A stretch of DNA of 64,000 nucleotides from a bacterium (GTDB lineage: Bacteria > Patescibacteriota > Saccharimonadia > Saccharimonadales > SZUA-47), in NCBI GenBank assembly GCA_037138655.1, contig JBAXHY010000001.1:6221-70220 (forward strand). Reading direction: 5' to 3'. Under the pieces are notes generated by a model. The model had not been told where the DNA came from. It worked only from the letters and a program-made list of their open reading frames with translations, and did no database searches. Positions 10,137 to 19,400 of this stretch are shown one piece after another. The position numbers and the translations under genes are program-made. Every line of letters starts with the position of its first letter. The stretch's first letter is position 1.

Positions 10137-10898
10137 TTACTCCGCTAATGGCTTTGTATCTGTTAATATGTTTTTTAAGATTAGCTCAAAGTCCATATTG
10201 GTCATTTTTACAGAGTTAATTAGCAAAAAATCACCTACTTTTGTACGTCGTAGATCGCTTAAATACGCTCCAACTTGCAATTTATTTCCGGCGTCCCTCG
10301 CTAGGCTTCTGATATAAGTGCCGCTGCCGACGTGAGCAACAAATTTAATAACCGGATAATTGTAATCGATTTCGCTTATCTGTTTAATTACAACTTTTCT
10401 TGGTTCTAATTTTACCGTTTCGCCTTTTCGGGCTGCCGAATAAGATCTGACTCCGCCAACTTTAATAGCACTAAACTGTGGCGGAATTTGTTCAATTTCG
10501 CCCACAAAACTCATAAGCGCCTCTTTTACTTCGTTAAGTGTAGGAATAGTCGTGCTTACCTGAGTTAAAGTGCCTTCGGCGTCGTCTGTTGTACTGTTAA
10601 ACCCAAGGTTCATAGTACATTCGTAAATCTTATCTTTTACAGTTAGTTCGGGTACTTTTTTAGTGTATTTGCCAATCGCTAAAACAAGTAAACCAGTAGC
10701 AAGTGGATCAAGTGTACCAGTATGACCTACCTTCACTTTGCGTGAAGGAGTCGCTTGTCTTTTGTCGCTAGTCGCCGGTGCTTCTGACTGAAGACTAGTA
10801 ACTAATGACTGCTGACTGCGTAGCACGCCACGAACCTTTGCAACCACGTCAAAACTTGTCCAGCCCTTTGGTTTGTCTACTAACAATAATCCATCCAT
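10137..10898 (-). CDS. truB: tRNA pseudouridine(55) synthase
   Basis: DKPKGWTSFDVV, GHTGTLDPLATG, PP.FSAIK and GTYIRSLARD motifs; carries an in-frame insertion. Confidence 0.96.
   Translation of the reverse strand: MDGLLLVDKPKGWTSFDVVAKVRGVLRSQQSLVTSLQSEAPATSDKRQATPSRKVKVGHTGTLDPLATGLLVLAIGKYTKKVPELTVKDKIYECTMNLGFNSTTDDAEGTLTQVSTTIPTLNEVKEALMSFVGEIEQIPPQFSAIKVGGVRSYSAARKGETVKLEPRKVVIKQISEIDYNYPVIKFVAHVGSGTYIRSLARDAGNKLQVGAYLSDLRRTKVGDFLLINSVKMTNMDFELILKNILTDTKPLAE
10748..10818 (-). repeat. In-frame heptamer-repeat hairpin insertion in truB
   Basis: CAGTCAG CAGTCAT TAGTTAC TAGTCTT CAGTCAG facing GCGACTA GCGACAA AAGACAA GCGACTC. Confidence 0.75.
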
Positions 10899-10929
10899 AA
10901 TCTATAGATTACAGTCTTTAGCTTTAAAA

Positions 10930-12600
10930 TTACAATTGCTGTGGATTTGAATCTATTTGCGGTGTAGGCCCGCTAGGGTTCATGTAGCTGTGATTGTTGG
11001 CAGTTGGCGAAAAGTACTGAGGCATCATCGGCGGCGGTACTGGAGGCGGCGACATAGGGTCTACGGGTGCAACAACCTGCGTTGGCGTAATTATGTTAGA
11101 TTGTTGCAGCACATCAGCTACTGCGGCCATAGGTTGAGGCAATGCGACAGCTGGCGGCGCCGGAATTGGCATATCTGGAACAATTACTTCTGGCATCATT
11201 GGAGCGTCAGCAACAATGTTTGGCGTTTCGAACGCACCTTCGTCAGCACCAACATGAGGACTATGAACGTCTTGTTCTAGTTGAGCCAGTGTATCCGATG
11301 CTTCTGTCGCACCTGCACTGCTAAGTTCTGGCAATGCATATTCTGGCATTGGCGGAAATGCCGGTTCTGGAGTCGGCATAATTAACTCTGGCTGAACCAC
11401 AGGTTCTACGACCGGACTTTGCACCGATTCAGCTTGTACTACTGGCTCGCTAGGTTGCGGTACAGTTGGGGCTGGAGCAAAAGCAGCTAAAGGATCATAC
11501 TTTTCTTGGTTTATTGGTTCTATTACTTTGTGTCCGTCGCCAGAAATGTAACTATTTTCGTTAGTTGGTTCTGGTGGATTATTTGCTTCAGACTCGAGTT
11601 TTTGCTGCAGTTCCTTGTTTTTTAATGCTTCGGCTTCGGCGGCAAGACGTATTTCTTCTTGAAGTTTTAGATTGCCCTGATCATCGATGTGAATATCGTT
11701 TTCTTCTATATCCTGAGCACCATCATCGTGCGATATTTCTATTTCTCCGTCTGGTTTAGGAATGTCTTCTATTACAGCTGGTGTTTCTAGTTCGCCAGGT
11801 TGATTCAATTGAGCATCAGAATCAGTAGGCAAAACAGGTTCTGGAACTACTTCTACTGGTTTAAGTTTTTCGGCAATTAATTGCTGATTTGCACCTGCAG
11901 CCATAAGCTGAGCACTCATTGTCATAACCTTAGGACTGGTTTTATTATTACTAAAACGATCTGTCTCAGAAACTATACCGGTTAAAAAGGCTGTAGACAT
12001 TTGGCTATCTAGCAAGCCACTCTGAAAGGATTCAGACACACTAACCAGCATCTCAGAAAGACTACTTGCAGATGCGTCGTTCCAATTAATTCCGCCAATT
12101 TCGCTAGTGACTTCCCCAGCAGATACGCCAATAATTATTGCGTCGTGCAAAATTCTACCGTGCGCAACTATCGCAGTATCAATATCGTCTTTATTTGTAA
12201 CGCCTAAAGCTACAACTACATCAACATTAAAATCACCCTGGCTAAATTCTAAATCTTTATCAGAAATACTTGTTCTGTAAGGAGTAATAAAAATTCGTAC
12301 TACTTCGTCCTCTACTTTATACCTAAGCTTGTCGGCTTTTGATTTGTCTAAAGCGATTATAAAATCTCTAAGGCTGTCTGTGTTTTGTTCGAATGTTTTT
12401 TGAGGTTGCAAAAATTGAATAGTAGAAGGCACTTCACCACTAAATACTGCAGTAGCGTGCTTACCTAACTTATTTAATAACAGGGTAAAACCTATACATG
12501 CCGACAGTTGATCTACTGTGGGATTTTTACTTACTGTAACTAAAATATTAGTCGCTTCTTTAATGCGTTCGACTGCTAATTGCTTTGGGTTTGGTTCCAT
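10930..12600 (-). CDS. DHH/NrnA-fold protein with degenerate active site and long Pro/acidic tail
   Basis: ILV...NP..D, ASS.SE and LTGI..TD.F...TSP motifs match the DHH fold, but there is no DHH triad. Confidence 0.7.
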   Translation of the reverse strand: MEPNPKQLAVERIKEATNILVTVSKNPTVDQLSACIGFTLLLNKLGKHATAVFSGEVPSTIQFLQPQKTFEQNTDSLRDFIIALDKSKADKLRYKVEDEVVRIFITPYRTSISDKDLEFSQGDFNVDVVVALGVTNKDDIDTAIVAHGRILHDAIIIGVSAGEVTSEIGGINWNDASASSLSEMLVSVSESFQSGLLDSQMSTAFLTGIVSETDRFSNNKTSPKVMTMSAQLMAAGANQQLIAEKLKPVEVVPEPVLPTDSDAQLNQPGELETPAVIEDIPKPDGEIEISHDDGAQDIEENDIHIDDQGNLKLQEEIRLAAEAEALKNKELQQKLESEANNPPEPTNENSYISGDGHKVIEPINQEKYDPLAAFAPAPTVPQPSEPVVQAESVQSPVVEPVVQPELIMPTPEPAFPPMPEYALPELSSAGATEASDTLAQLEQDVHSPHVGADEGAFETPNIVADAPMMPEVIVPDMPIPAPPAVALPQPMAAVADVLQQSNIITPTQVVAPVDPMSPPPVPPPMMPQYFSPTANNHSYMNPSGPTPQIDSNPQQL

Positions 12601-12753
12601 ATTTGTTTGCCTGTGCTTTTTGTTTTTTTGTTAGCTCACTTCGAACATACCATAAGCGCATACTTATGGCAAGAACGAATTTTACAAAAAACGTAAAATA
12701 AGTTACTGTTATATGTGACAATAAAAAACATAAGCAAGAAGGTAAAAACTACA

Positions 12754-13125
12754 ATGCCAATCATTAAATCAGCTAAAAAGCGAGTACGAACCGCTAAAAA
12801 AGCTACAGTGCGTAATTCTAAGACTAAAAAAGGTTTACGTGGAGCTTTAAAAGCTTTTCACGGAAAAATAACTGGCAGCACACATTCTAGTGCACAAAGC
12901 GCAATAGACAAGGCTGTTAAAAAAGGCGTAATGAGCAAAAACAAAGCTTCTCGCCGTAAGAGTCAATTAGCTAAAAAAGCTAAAGCTGCTGGTCACAAGC
13001 CAGCTGCAGCAGTCAAAAAAGCTGCTCCAGTTAAAAAGGCAGCTCCTGCTAAAAAAGCTGCTCCAGTTAAAAAAGTAGTTGCAAAAAAACCAGCTGCTAA
13101 AAAAGCAGTAGCCAAGAAAAAATAG
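12754..13125 (+). CDS. rpsT: 30S ribosomal protein S20 with Lys/Ala/Pro-rich tail
   Basis: MPIIKSAKKR..; IDKAVKKG...KNKASRRKS motif; start placed at ATG 12754. Confidence 0.95.
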   Translation: MPIIKSAKKRVRTAKKATVRNSKTKKGLRGALKAFHGKITGSTHSSAQSAIDKAVKKGVMSKNKASRRKSQLAKKAKAAGHKPAAAVKKAAPVKKAAPAKKAAPVKKVVAKKPAAKKAVAKKK

Positions 13126-13143
13126 TTATTTAAATAGCTAACC

Positions 13144-13171
13144 AAACGGTCACAATTGTGGCCGTTTTTTT
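13144..13171 (+). terminator. Intrinsic terminator after rpsT
   Basis: AAACGGTCAC-AATT-GTGGCCGTTT followed by a T run. Confidence 0.8.
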
Positions 13172-13175
13172 ATTA

Positions 13176-14096
13176 CTAAATACTAAGAAAAAGTATGAAG
13201 TTTTTTAAAATATCGTCAGGATCAACACTTACAGTTTTTATTGCATGTTCAGATTCTGCTAACTTAGTGACGTAAGATTTTAGTTCAGAATAAGTACGCA
13301 TGCTTGCTAAGCTTAAACTTTTTTTAGCGACATACGGGCTAATACCCGATTCTGCGGCAATCTGATCAGAACTTTTTTGACCCGCCGTTTTAATAAGTAG
13401 CAAAATATGAAGTTGCCAAACAAATAATGCCTCTATTGCAAGCGGTTCAATTGCCTGAGCACGTTGATCGTCGTATAAATAAAATGCTCTGGCTACGTTG
13501 CCGCTAAATGCAGCTTCTATTAGATCAAAAATACTACTTAAAGGAGCTTGCTCGGTTAAAAGATCAATTGTCGTACGTGTTACCGCTACGTCATATAAAA
13601 GTAGTTTATTTAGTTCGCTAGACAGTAGTTGTTGTCCCGCCCCAACTCTAGAAACTAAGTAATTAGCATCACTAATAGCTATACTGCCGCCCCTTGCCTT
13701 TGCTTCAAGGGTTAACCAATTAGGCGCATTTTTAGCGTCAATTTCTATAAACTCTTTAAGGTCGGTTAATTTTTTTAGAGTTTTAAAAAATACACTACGC
13801 TTATCTATTTTTGGTTCTACAATAATTAATTCTGTGACGTCAGACAATGATTCAAATATCTTTTCTAAAGATTCGTTTGCTGTTTTATTTGCAGCTAAAC
13901 CTTCCATGATTATCATTCGCTTAGGACTTAAAAATGGCATGGCCGACAACACATCTAATATTTTGCCAGTTTCCCATTCGGCTACATCAATTGTTTCTAG
14001 TGCCAAATCTCCATACTCAGCAATAAATTTATTACGTTCAAGCAACAAAGCCTGACGTAGTAAAAAACTATTTTGACCAACTAAACTTTTAATCAT
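13176..14096 (-). CDS. holA: DNA polymerase III delta subunit
   Basis: MPFL..KR, L.SEL.KL.LY and IFDLIEA motifs; 306 aa. Confidence 0.9.
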   Translation of the reverse strand: MIKSLVGQNSFLLRQALLLERNKFIAEYGDLALETIDVAEWETGKILDVLSAMPFLSPKRMIIMEGLAANKTANESLEKIFESLSDVTELIIVEPKIDKRSVFFKTLKKLTDLKEFIEIDAKNAPNWLTLEAKARGGSIAISDANYLVSRVGAGQQLLSSELNKLLLYDVAVTRTTIDLLTEQAPLSSIFDLIEAAFSGNVARAFYLYDDQRAQAIEPLAIEALFVWQLHILLLIKTAGQKSSDQIAAESGISPYVAKKSLSLASMRTYSELKSYVTKLAESEHAIKTVSVDPDDILKNFILFLSI

Positions 14097-14133
14097 TAAC
14101 TACTATTGTACCGTGACAAGGGTTAATAAAATA

Positions 14134-15090
14134 TTAATTATGCTTTTGGCATGTAGGACAAACATGAGTTCCACGACCCGCAACACGTATTTTTATAATA
14201 GTTGTGCCGCAATTTGGACAAGGTAAATTTTCGCGCCTAAACACGCGGGCAAATTCCATATAGCTTCCCTTTTTGCCTTCGGCATTAACGTAATTTTTAT
14301 TAGTACTGCCTCCTTTTTCTATGGACAGTTTAAGAACAAAAATAATTTCATAATGAAGCACTTTTAATTTTGAAACAGGTACGTCAATTACCTTTGTTGC
14401 AGGATGAATTTTAGCTCCCCACAAACTTTCATCTGCGTATATATTACCGACTCCCGCCAATACAGTTTGATCCAATATTGCAGCTTTGATGGTTGAATTT
14501 TTTTTACGTTGAAGTCTATGAATAAAAACTTTACTCGTAAACTCATCAGTCAAAGGCTCTGGCCCAACTTTTTTAAAAAAGTCCAATTCAGGAACTTGTA
14601 TTGTAGGCATTAAACGCATCCAACCAAATTTTCTTTGGTCATTAAAATACAGTTTTGATTTATCTGTAAATTCAATAATTACCCTTGTTGTTTTGTCTGG
14701 TAATACTCCTACAAGACTGTCACTCGGGTGTCCTGCGCCAAAATGTTCCCCGGCTTCGTTGTTCTGGGTTCTGGGTTCTGGGCTCTTGGTAATTGCACTA
14801 CCTAGAACCGAGAACTTAGAACTTAGAACTGGTTTTTTTGCTACAAAAACTAATTGTCCGGTCATTTTTAAGTGACAAACAATTGTATAGTCTGTAGATA
14901 AATCAATGAGTAATACTTTTGCTCGCCTGCGGATTCCAACAATATGTGCACCTATTAAAAATGCATTTATGTCGTTTTGCGAATTAGGAAAACCCTTAGG
15001 CCAATCAAAATTAACTGTACTAACTATTTTATTTGGCAATAATCTAGCTAATCCACTACGAACGGTTTCTACTTCGGGAAGCTCTGGCAT
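14134..15090 (-). CDS. mutM: Formamidopyrimidine-DNA glycosylase
   Basis: MPELPEVE, HLKMTG, D.RKFG and GVGNIYADE motifs; CPNC..CPTC zinc finger. Confidence 0.97.
   Translation of the reverse strand: MPELPEVETVRSGLARLLPNKIVSTVNFDWPKGFPNSQNDINAFLIGAHIVGIRRRAKVLLIDLSTDYTIVCHLKMTGQLVFVAKKPVLSSKFSVLGSAITKSPEPRTQNNEAGEHFGAGHPSDSLVGVLPDKTTRVIIEFTDKSKLYFNDQRKFGWMRLMPTIQVPELDFFKKVGPEPLTDEFTSKVFIHRLQRKKNSTIKAAILDQTVLAGVGNIYADESLWGAKIHPATKVIDVPVSKLKVLHYEIIFVLKLSIEKGGSTNKNYVNAEGKKGSYMEFARVFRRENLPCPNCGTTIIKIRVAGRGTHVCPTCQKHN
14761..14832 (-). repeat. In-frame heptamer-repeat hairpin insertion in mutM
   Basis: On + strand, (GTTCTGG)x3 faces TAGAACC GAGAACT TAGAACT TAGAACT. Confidence 0.8.
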
Positions 15091-15148
15091 AATCTAATTA
15101 TAGCAATCTAGAGCTATCATAGTTCCAGCTTGCTATAATTAACTTAAG

Positions 15149-15385
15149 ATGGACTTAAAAGACATACTAAAAGGACGAAACATTCCACAAGAACCACCCG
15201 AAAGCCTGGCCTTAAAAAAGTACGTCCAATCAAAATATAATGTAGCTACGCAGGTTATCATTAGCCCGCATCATTTAACATTAGTAGTACCCAGTTCTGC
15301 GTTGGCTGGAACACTAAGATTAGAACTTCCTAGAATGCTTGAAGAATGCAAAATAACTCAAAAACTACACATTCGAATCAGCTAG
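15149..15385 (+). CDS. Small protein, possibly DciA/DUF721-like
   Basis: LTLVVPSSALAGTLRL resembles the DciA core; TGCTATAAT promoter upstream. Confidence 0.55.
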   Translation: MDLKDILKGRNIPQEPPESLALKKYVQSKYNVATQVIISPHHLTLVVPSSALAGTLRLELPRMLEECKITQKLHIRIS

Positions 15386-15943
15386 CAATACACCTAAATC
15401 AATCTTGTATTGCATGAAATCCTCATACAATATAGAACTCATACCAACCGCTTCTGCGCCTGCGCAAAAATCTTCACGGTCGTCTATCATTACACATTCA
15501 TTAACGGTTACGCCAAGTTTATCTGCGGTATAAATATAGGCGTTTTTATCTGGCTTTGTAAATCCAACAGAACCACTTTCGACGACTGCATCAAATAGTG
15601 CGTTAAGCTCTTCGGTTGTAAATCTTCTGGCCAATCCGCCAGAGCTAACATTTGATAATACCGCTGTTTTATAACCTTTTGAACGGAGCACTGATATCTG
15701 GCTAATCAAGTCGCTATTTCGAATCTCTTTTTCGTGTCGACTTTTTTGCAACTCTTGCTCTGACATATTTAATGCTGCGGCCATTTGACGAATACCTTCT
15801 TGGTAGTCAATAAATCCCATATTTAACATTTTGACCGCATCCCACACATGTATTTGGGAATCAACTGGGTATTTTTTTACAGTATTACCCAGCCAGTCTT
15901 CTACTAGCACTCCAAAACAATCAAAAATAATAGCTTTTATCAT
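15365..15943 (-). CDS. HAD-family phosphatase
   Basis: IIFDCFGVL, LSN, KPD and IDD motifs. Confidence 0.9.
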   Translation of the reverse strand: MIKAIIFDCFGVLVEDWLGNTVKKYPVDSQIHVWDAVKMLNMGFIDYQEGIRQMAAALNMSEQELQKSRHEKEIRNSDLISQISVLRSKGYKTAVLSNVSSGGLARRFTTEELNALFDAVVESGSVGFTKPDKNAYIYTADKLGVTVNECVMIDDREDFCAGAEAVGMSSILYEDFMQYKIDLGVLLADSNV

Positions 15944-15968
15944 TAACTTTTATTATAACCGACAACTA

Positions 15969-16580
15969 CTAGTTAAGTACGGTGTATTCTTTAACAAGTA
16001 TAGTGCTATAGTCAGGAATCTGAGATTTAAACAATGCTCTTACAGAAGATCCGTTTGAACTTTGCATACTAGTACTGCTCTTTGTAGAACAAGAAGCATT
16101 CCATAGTCTGCTTATTGTCTCATCGTGATCGCTTAAACTATACACATAGCGTCTACCTGTTGCGCACGCTGCAACTTCGTCGTCACTTGCTCCAGCTACT
16201 TTATTTGTAAAGTTTGAACGTTCTAATGCGCGTAAAAATATTCTGTAAGCAACGATATTGTTAGAGTACTGCTTTTCGCTAACAACTGACTTTTGGTAAC
16301 CTTTGTAAATAGTAAATTTACGATAGTTTTGTGTAACTTCTATCTGGTAACTTAAAAACTGGTCGTCTCCAACTATAGGGCCTTCGACGTTTAATTTTAC
16401 TGCCGTACCTTCTCTTTCATAATCAGAAAGTTCTATTTTTTGTACGCTAGCGTTTGATTTTGTACTGTCGCCGCCAAAAATATTTTTAGCTATAGAAACT
16501 ATTCCCCAAGTCGAAAGAACCAGTAAGACTACCGAAATTACAGTAAAGATTATAAATCGTATTCGTGACCCGTATTCCAT
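15969..16580 (-). CDS. Membrane-anchored hypothetical protein
   Basis: N-terminal TM helix; two Cys in the soluble domain. Confidence 0.75.
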   Translation of the reverse strand: MEYGSRIRFIIFTVISVVLLVLSTWGIVSIAKNIFGGDSTKSNASVQKIELSDYEREGTAVKLNVEGPIVGDDQFLSYQIEVTQNYRKFTIYKGYQKSVVSEKQYSNNIVAYRIFLRALERSNFTNKVAGASDDEVAACATGRRYVYSLSDHDETISRLWNASCSTKSSTSMQSSNGSSVRALFKSQIPDYSTILVKEYTVLN

Positions 16581-16631
16581 AATGCTTATATTATAGCATA
16601 ATTATGCTTATGATGCAATATGCTTTTAAAC

Positions 16632-17303
16632 CTACAGGTTATCGCACTTTTTATAATCAGTATTGTCGACGTTTCCGCCATTCTTTTTAATATCGTCTAA
16701 CGCCGTTCTGCATAAATCTCTTGAGGTACTAGATGGGGTTGAACCACCGCCGCCCGTAGATCCACCACCAGTTGATCCCCCGTTATGAGAAGCCGAATCA
16801 TCAATCGTAGTATTCGTGGTAGTGGTCGGGCTATTGTCTTCTGGCTTAGTGGTAGAAATTGAATCATCTGACTTTGTTGAATCCTGCTTGTTGGATATTC
16901 TGTTTTCTATTTCTTGCTTTTCTTTATTAACAATATTTAGTTTATTTTCGTCATCACTAGATTTTTTTAGCTTATTAATTTCTGACTCTCGTTGTTTTAA
17001 TAGTTGTTCGTTATATGAAGGCTGAACAAAACTTCTTGCGTCCTCAATGTTTCGTCTTACTCCGTACAATAAGTCGCCTGGCTGGCTAGCAAAAGATAGA
17101 CCGCTTACGACTATTAATCCTGCAAAAAAAGCTGCCGAAAAGGTTGGAGCAAGTCGTAAAAATAATGGCTTTTGAGGAAATATTTCATTCAACATTTGGC
17201 GTTTTTGTCGCCTACTAAGACGTGGCTCATTACCAACACTGTGCAACTTCTTTGCAAAGCTTTGTAATTTTTTAGCTGTAATTAATTTATTGTCGCTTTT
17301 CAT
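16632..17303 (-). CDS. Putative anti-sigma factor (DUF5667-like)
   Basis: TM followed by AS.PGD.LY.V.R..E; overlaps the ECF sigma stop. Confidence 0.7.
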   Translation of the reverse strand: MKSDNKLITAKKLQSFAKKLHSVGNEPRLSRRQKRQMLNEIFPQKPLFLRLAPTFSAAFFAGLIVVSGLSFASQPGDLLYGVRRNIEDARSFVQPSYNEQLLKQRESEINKLKKSSDDENKLNIVNKEKQEIENRISNKQDSTKSDDSISTTKPEDNSPTTTTNTTIDDSASHNGGSTGGGSTGGGGSTPSSTSRDLCRTALDDIKKNGGNVDNTDYKKCDNL

Positions 17304-17772
17304 ACCATAACCTTAGTTTCTTTAATGCTCTAAACTGCATAACTCGTACGTTAGCTTCGGTGTGTCCAGTCTGCTTTGCAGTTTCCTGCACCGAAGCTCG
17401 TTCAATAAAACGCCAGTGAATAATTTCACGCAGTTCATCAGATAAGCTATCAAGCGCCACCAGAAGTGTCTTAACGTCTATTTGTCTGTCGATATCTTCT
17501 GCAGTATAGTCATGCACTTCGATTTCGGCATCTTCGCTTAGACGTTCTTCGGACTTTTTTCGATAACTATCGATGATTGTACGCCTGGCAATAGTATAAA
17601 GCCAAGCTTTAGGAAATTTACCGTCAAAAGTTTCACGTTTTTCCCAAGCCTTTGTAAACACTGTGCTTACTATATCCGACGCCTTGTCTTCGTCGCCTAC
17701 GCGCCAAAAAGCAAATCGATATAAAGAATCGGCATGTTCATGAAATAATTTAGTAAATTCACGTTTGTTCAT
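17287..17772 (-). CDS. ECF RNA polymerase sigma factor
   Basis: Region 2 (LYRFA..D..VF..AW..KAWLYTIAR..IID.YR) and region 4 HTH (V...RALKKLR). Confidence 0.93.
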   Translation of the reverse strand: MNKREFTKLFHEHADSLYRFAFWRVGDEDKASDIVSTVFTKAWEKRETFDGKFPKAWLYTIARRTIIDSYRKKSEERLSEDAEIEVHDYTAEDIDRQIDVKTLLVALDSLSDELREIIHWRFIERASVQETAKQTGHTEANVRVMQFRALKKLRLWYEKRQ

Positions 17773-17793
17773 GTACTAGTCACTATCTCATAT

Positions 17794-17819
17794 AACGAAC
17801 AACTTCTTCAATTGTTACA
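17794..17819 (-). promoter_or_regulatory. ECF-type promoter of the sigma gene
   Basis: TGTAAC-N16-CGTT on the minus strand. Confidence 0.75.
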
Positions 17820-17869
17820 AATTAACTTTTTGTTTCATAATAAGTATTACTAAAATTAACCCCCAGATA

Positions 17870-17895
17870 TGTAACATTTTTGTAATATGCTCGTT
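17870..17895 (+). promoter_or_regulatory. ECF-type promoter of the PepSY gene
   Basis: TGTAAC-N16-CGTT on the plus strand. Confidence 0.75.
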
Positions 17896-17943
17896 AAACA
17901 CTATGCAAACTAACGATAAAAGAATAAATAAGGAATTATATTT

Positions 17944-18462
17944 ATGAATAAACAAGTAATTATTGGATCAGCTTTAGCACTAGGTATAATTTTGTTACCA
18001 GTTGCCGCACAAGCAAGTCGCGGATCAAACGATTCAACAAACACAAGTAGCCTGCATGACCAAGCTGAAGTTAACTCAGTTTCTAATGACGACCTATCTC
18101 ACGAAGATAACGACGACCATAAAGTAACAGTTAATCCTACTCAAGCAGATGTAGTTTTAAGTAGCACTTCATCTACTAACGCATCAGCTGCAATAGAATC
18201 AACCAAAACACTTCAAGAAGCTGTTGCTGCGGCTCAAAAACAATTTCCAAGTAAAACTGTTAAAGAATCAGAAAAAGAATCTGAAGACGGAAAACAAATT
18301 TGGGAAATTAAATTTACCGACGGAAGCAAAGTAGAAGTAGATGCAGTAACTGGTTTAGTTATTTCTTTTAAAGACGCATCTTTAAACGTAGATAATTCGG
18401 GACACGGAAACGGTCACGACAATGACGAAGACACTGATCATTCAGGCAGCAGTCACAACTAA
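17944..18462 (+). CDS. Secreted PepSY-domain protein
   Basis: Signal peptide; EAV..A...E.E.EDG...WEI.F.DG..V.VDA.TG motif. Confidence 0.85.
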   Translation: MNKQVIIGSALALGIILLPVAAQASRGSNDSTNTSSLHDQAEVNSVSNDDLSHEDNDDHKVTVNPTQADVVLSSTSSTNASAAIESTKTLQEAVAAAQKQFPSKTVKESEKESEDGKQIWEIKFTDGSKVEVDAVTGLVISFKDASLNVDNSGHGNGHDNDEDTDHSGSSHN

Positions 18463-18480
18463 ACCTACTAAATTAATTAA

Positions 18481-18508
18481 TAAGGCGCAGTATCCACTGC
18501 GCTTTATT
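18481..18508. terminator. Terminator hairpin between convergent genes
   Basis: GGCGCAGT-ATCC-ACTGCGCT followed by an A/T tract. Confidence 0.65.
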
Positions 18509-18512
18509 AATT

Positions 18513-19373
18513 TTAAACTTTCGGCTGCTTGGTTGTTTTTTGTTTTGTATTAACTACAGGTATATCTTTGATAGTATTTATATGCTTTTTGCCGTGTCTT
18601 AATAAGTATAAAACAAATGCAATAGTTCCACATGCAACAGCAAAACTTAGCAAATAACCGCCAAATAACTGCTGCACTGCCTTTAATACCGCATCTATTA
18701 ATCCGTTAGCTTTAACATCGGCTGAACCAGACTTTAATTTATCGGCCAATTTGGCTGGCAATAATATAATTGCACCCCAAAAGACAAAGAACCAAATACT
18801 CGTATGTAAAAATATTCTGCCGATTCTTCGTAGCTTTTGACCTTTTTCTGCAACATACCATTCTAACAATAAAAGAGCTACAAACACTACTGGACCAATA
18901 ATTTTTAATATCTTTAGCCGGTCATAAGCTTTTGGTAATTTATCTAAATTACCGTCTTTATTTAGTTCTATTGGAGTAGCAAAGTTTTTATCTATATCCG
19001 TGCCTACATCTACACCACTTGCCCTTAGTTTAGCCGGAAAGTCACTTATATCTACGACTGGTTGCGGGGTTCCAAGACGCATATACGTCGCAATATTATT
19101 AGATATTAGCTGTAATTTTTCTGCAACATAATCGGACGTTACAATTTTAGAAATTTTAGCTTTCATATCTGCTTTTTCAGCTGGGCTAGCATCTTTGGTG
19201 GCTTCTTCTGGAAGTAGTTTGGCAATCTCTACTGTTACCCCGGCATCCTTTAATGAAGGGACTAATTTACTTGGATTTAAAATTACACCGTCAATAAACC
19301 AAATATAAAATGTTGCTACCAAACTAAAGACCGCTAAAGTAATCAAAAAATGAGACAATATTTTTTTAAACAT
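18513..19373 (-). CDS. Multi-pass membrane protein, hypothetical
   Basis: About four hydrophobic segments; 286 aa. Confidence 0.75.
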   Translation of the reverse strand: MFKKILSHFLITLAVFSLVATFYIWFIDGVILNPSKLVPSLKDAGVTVEIAKLLPEEATKDASPAEKADMKAKISKIVTSDYVAEKLQLISNNIATYMRLGTPQPVVDISDFPAKLRASGVDVGTDIDKNFATPIELNKDGNLDKLPKAYDRLKILKIIGPVVFVALLLLEWYVAEKGQKLRRIGRIFLHTSIWFFVFWGAIILLPAKLADKLKSGSADVKANGLIDAVLKAVQQLFGGYLLSFAVACGTIAFVLYLLRHGKKHINTIKDIPVVNTKQKTTKQPKV

Positions 19374-19400
19374 ATGCGTATTGTAGCACCTATTTAACTT

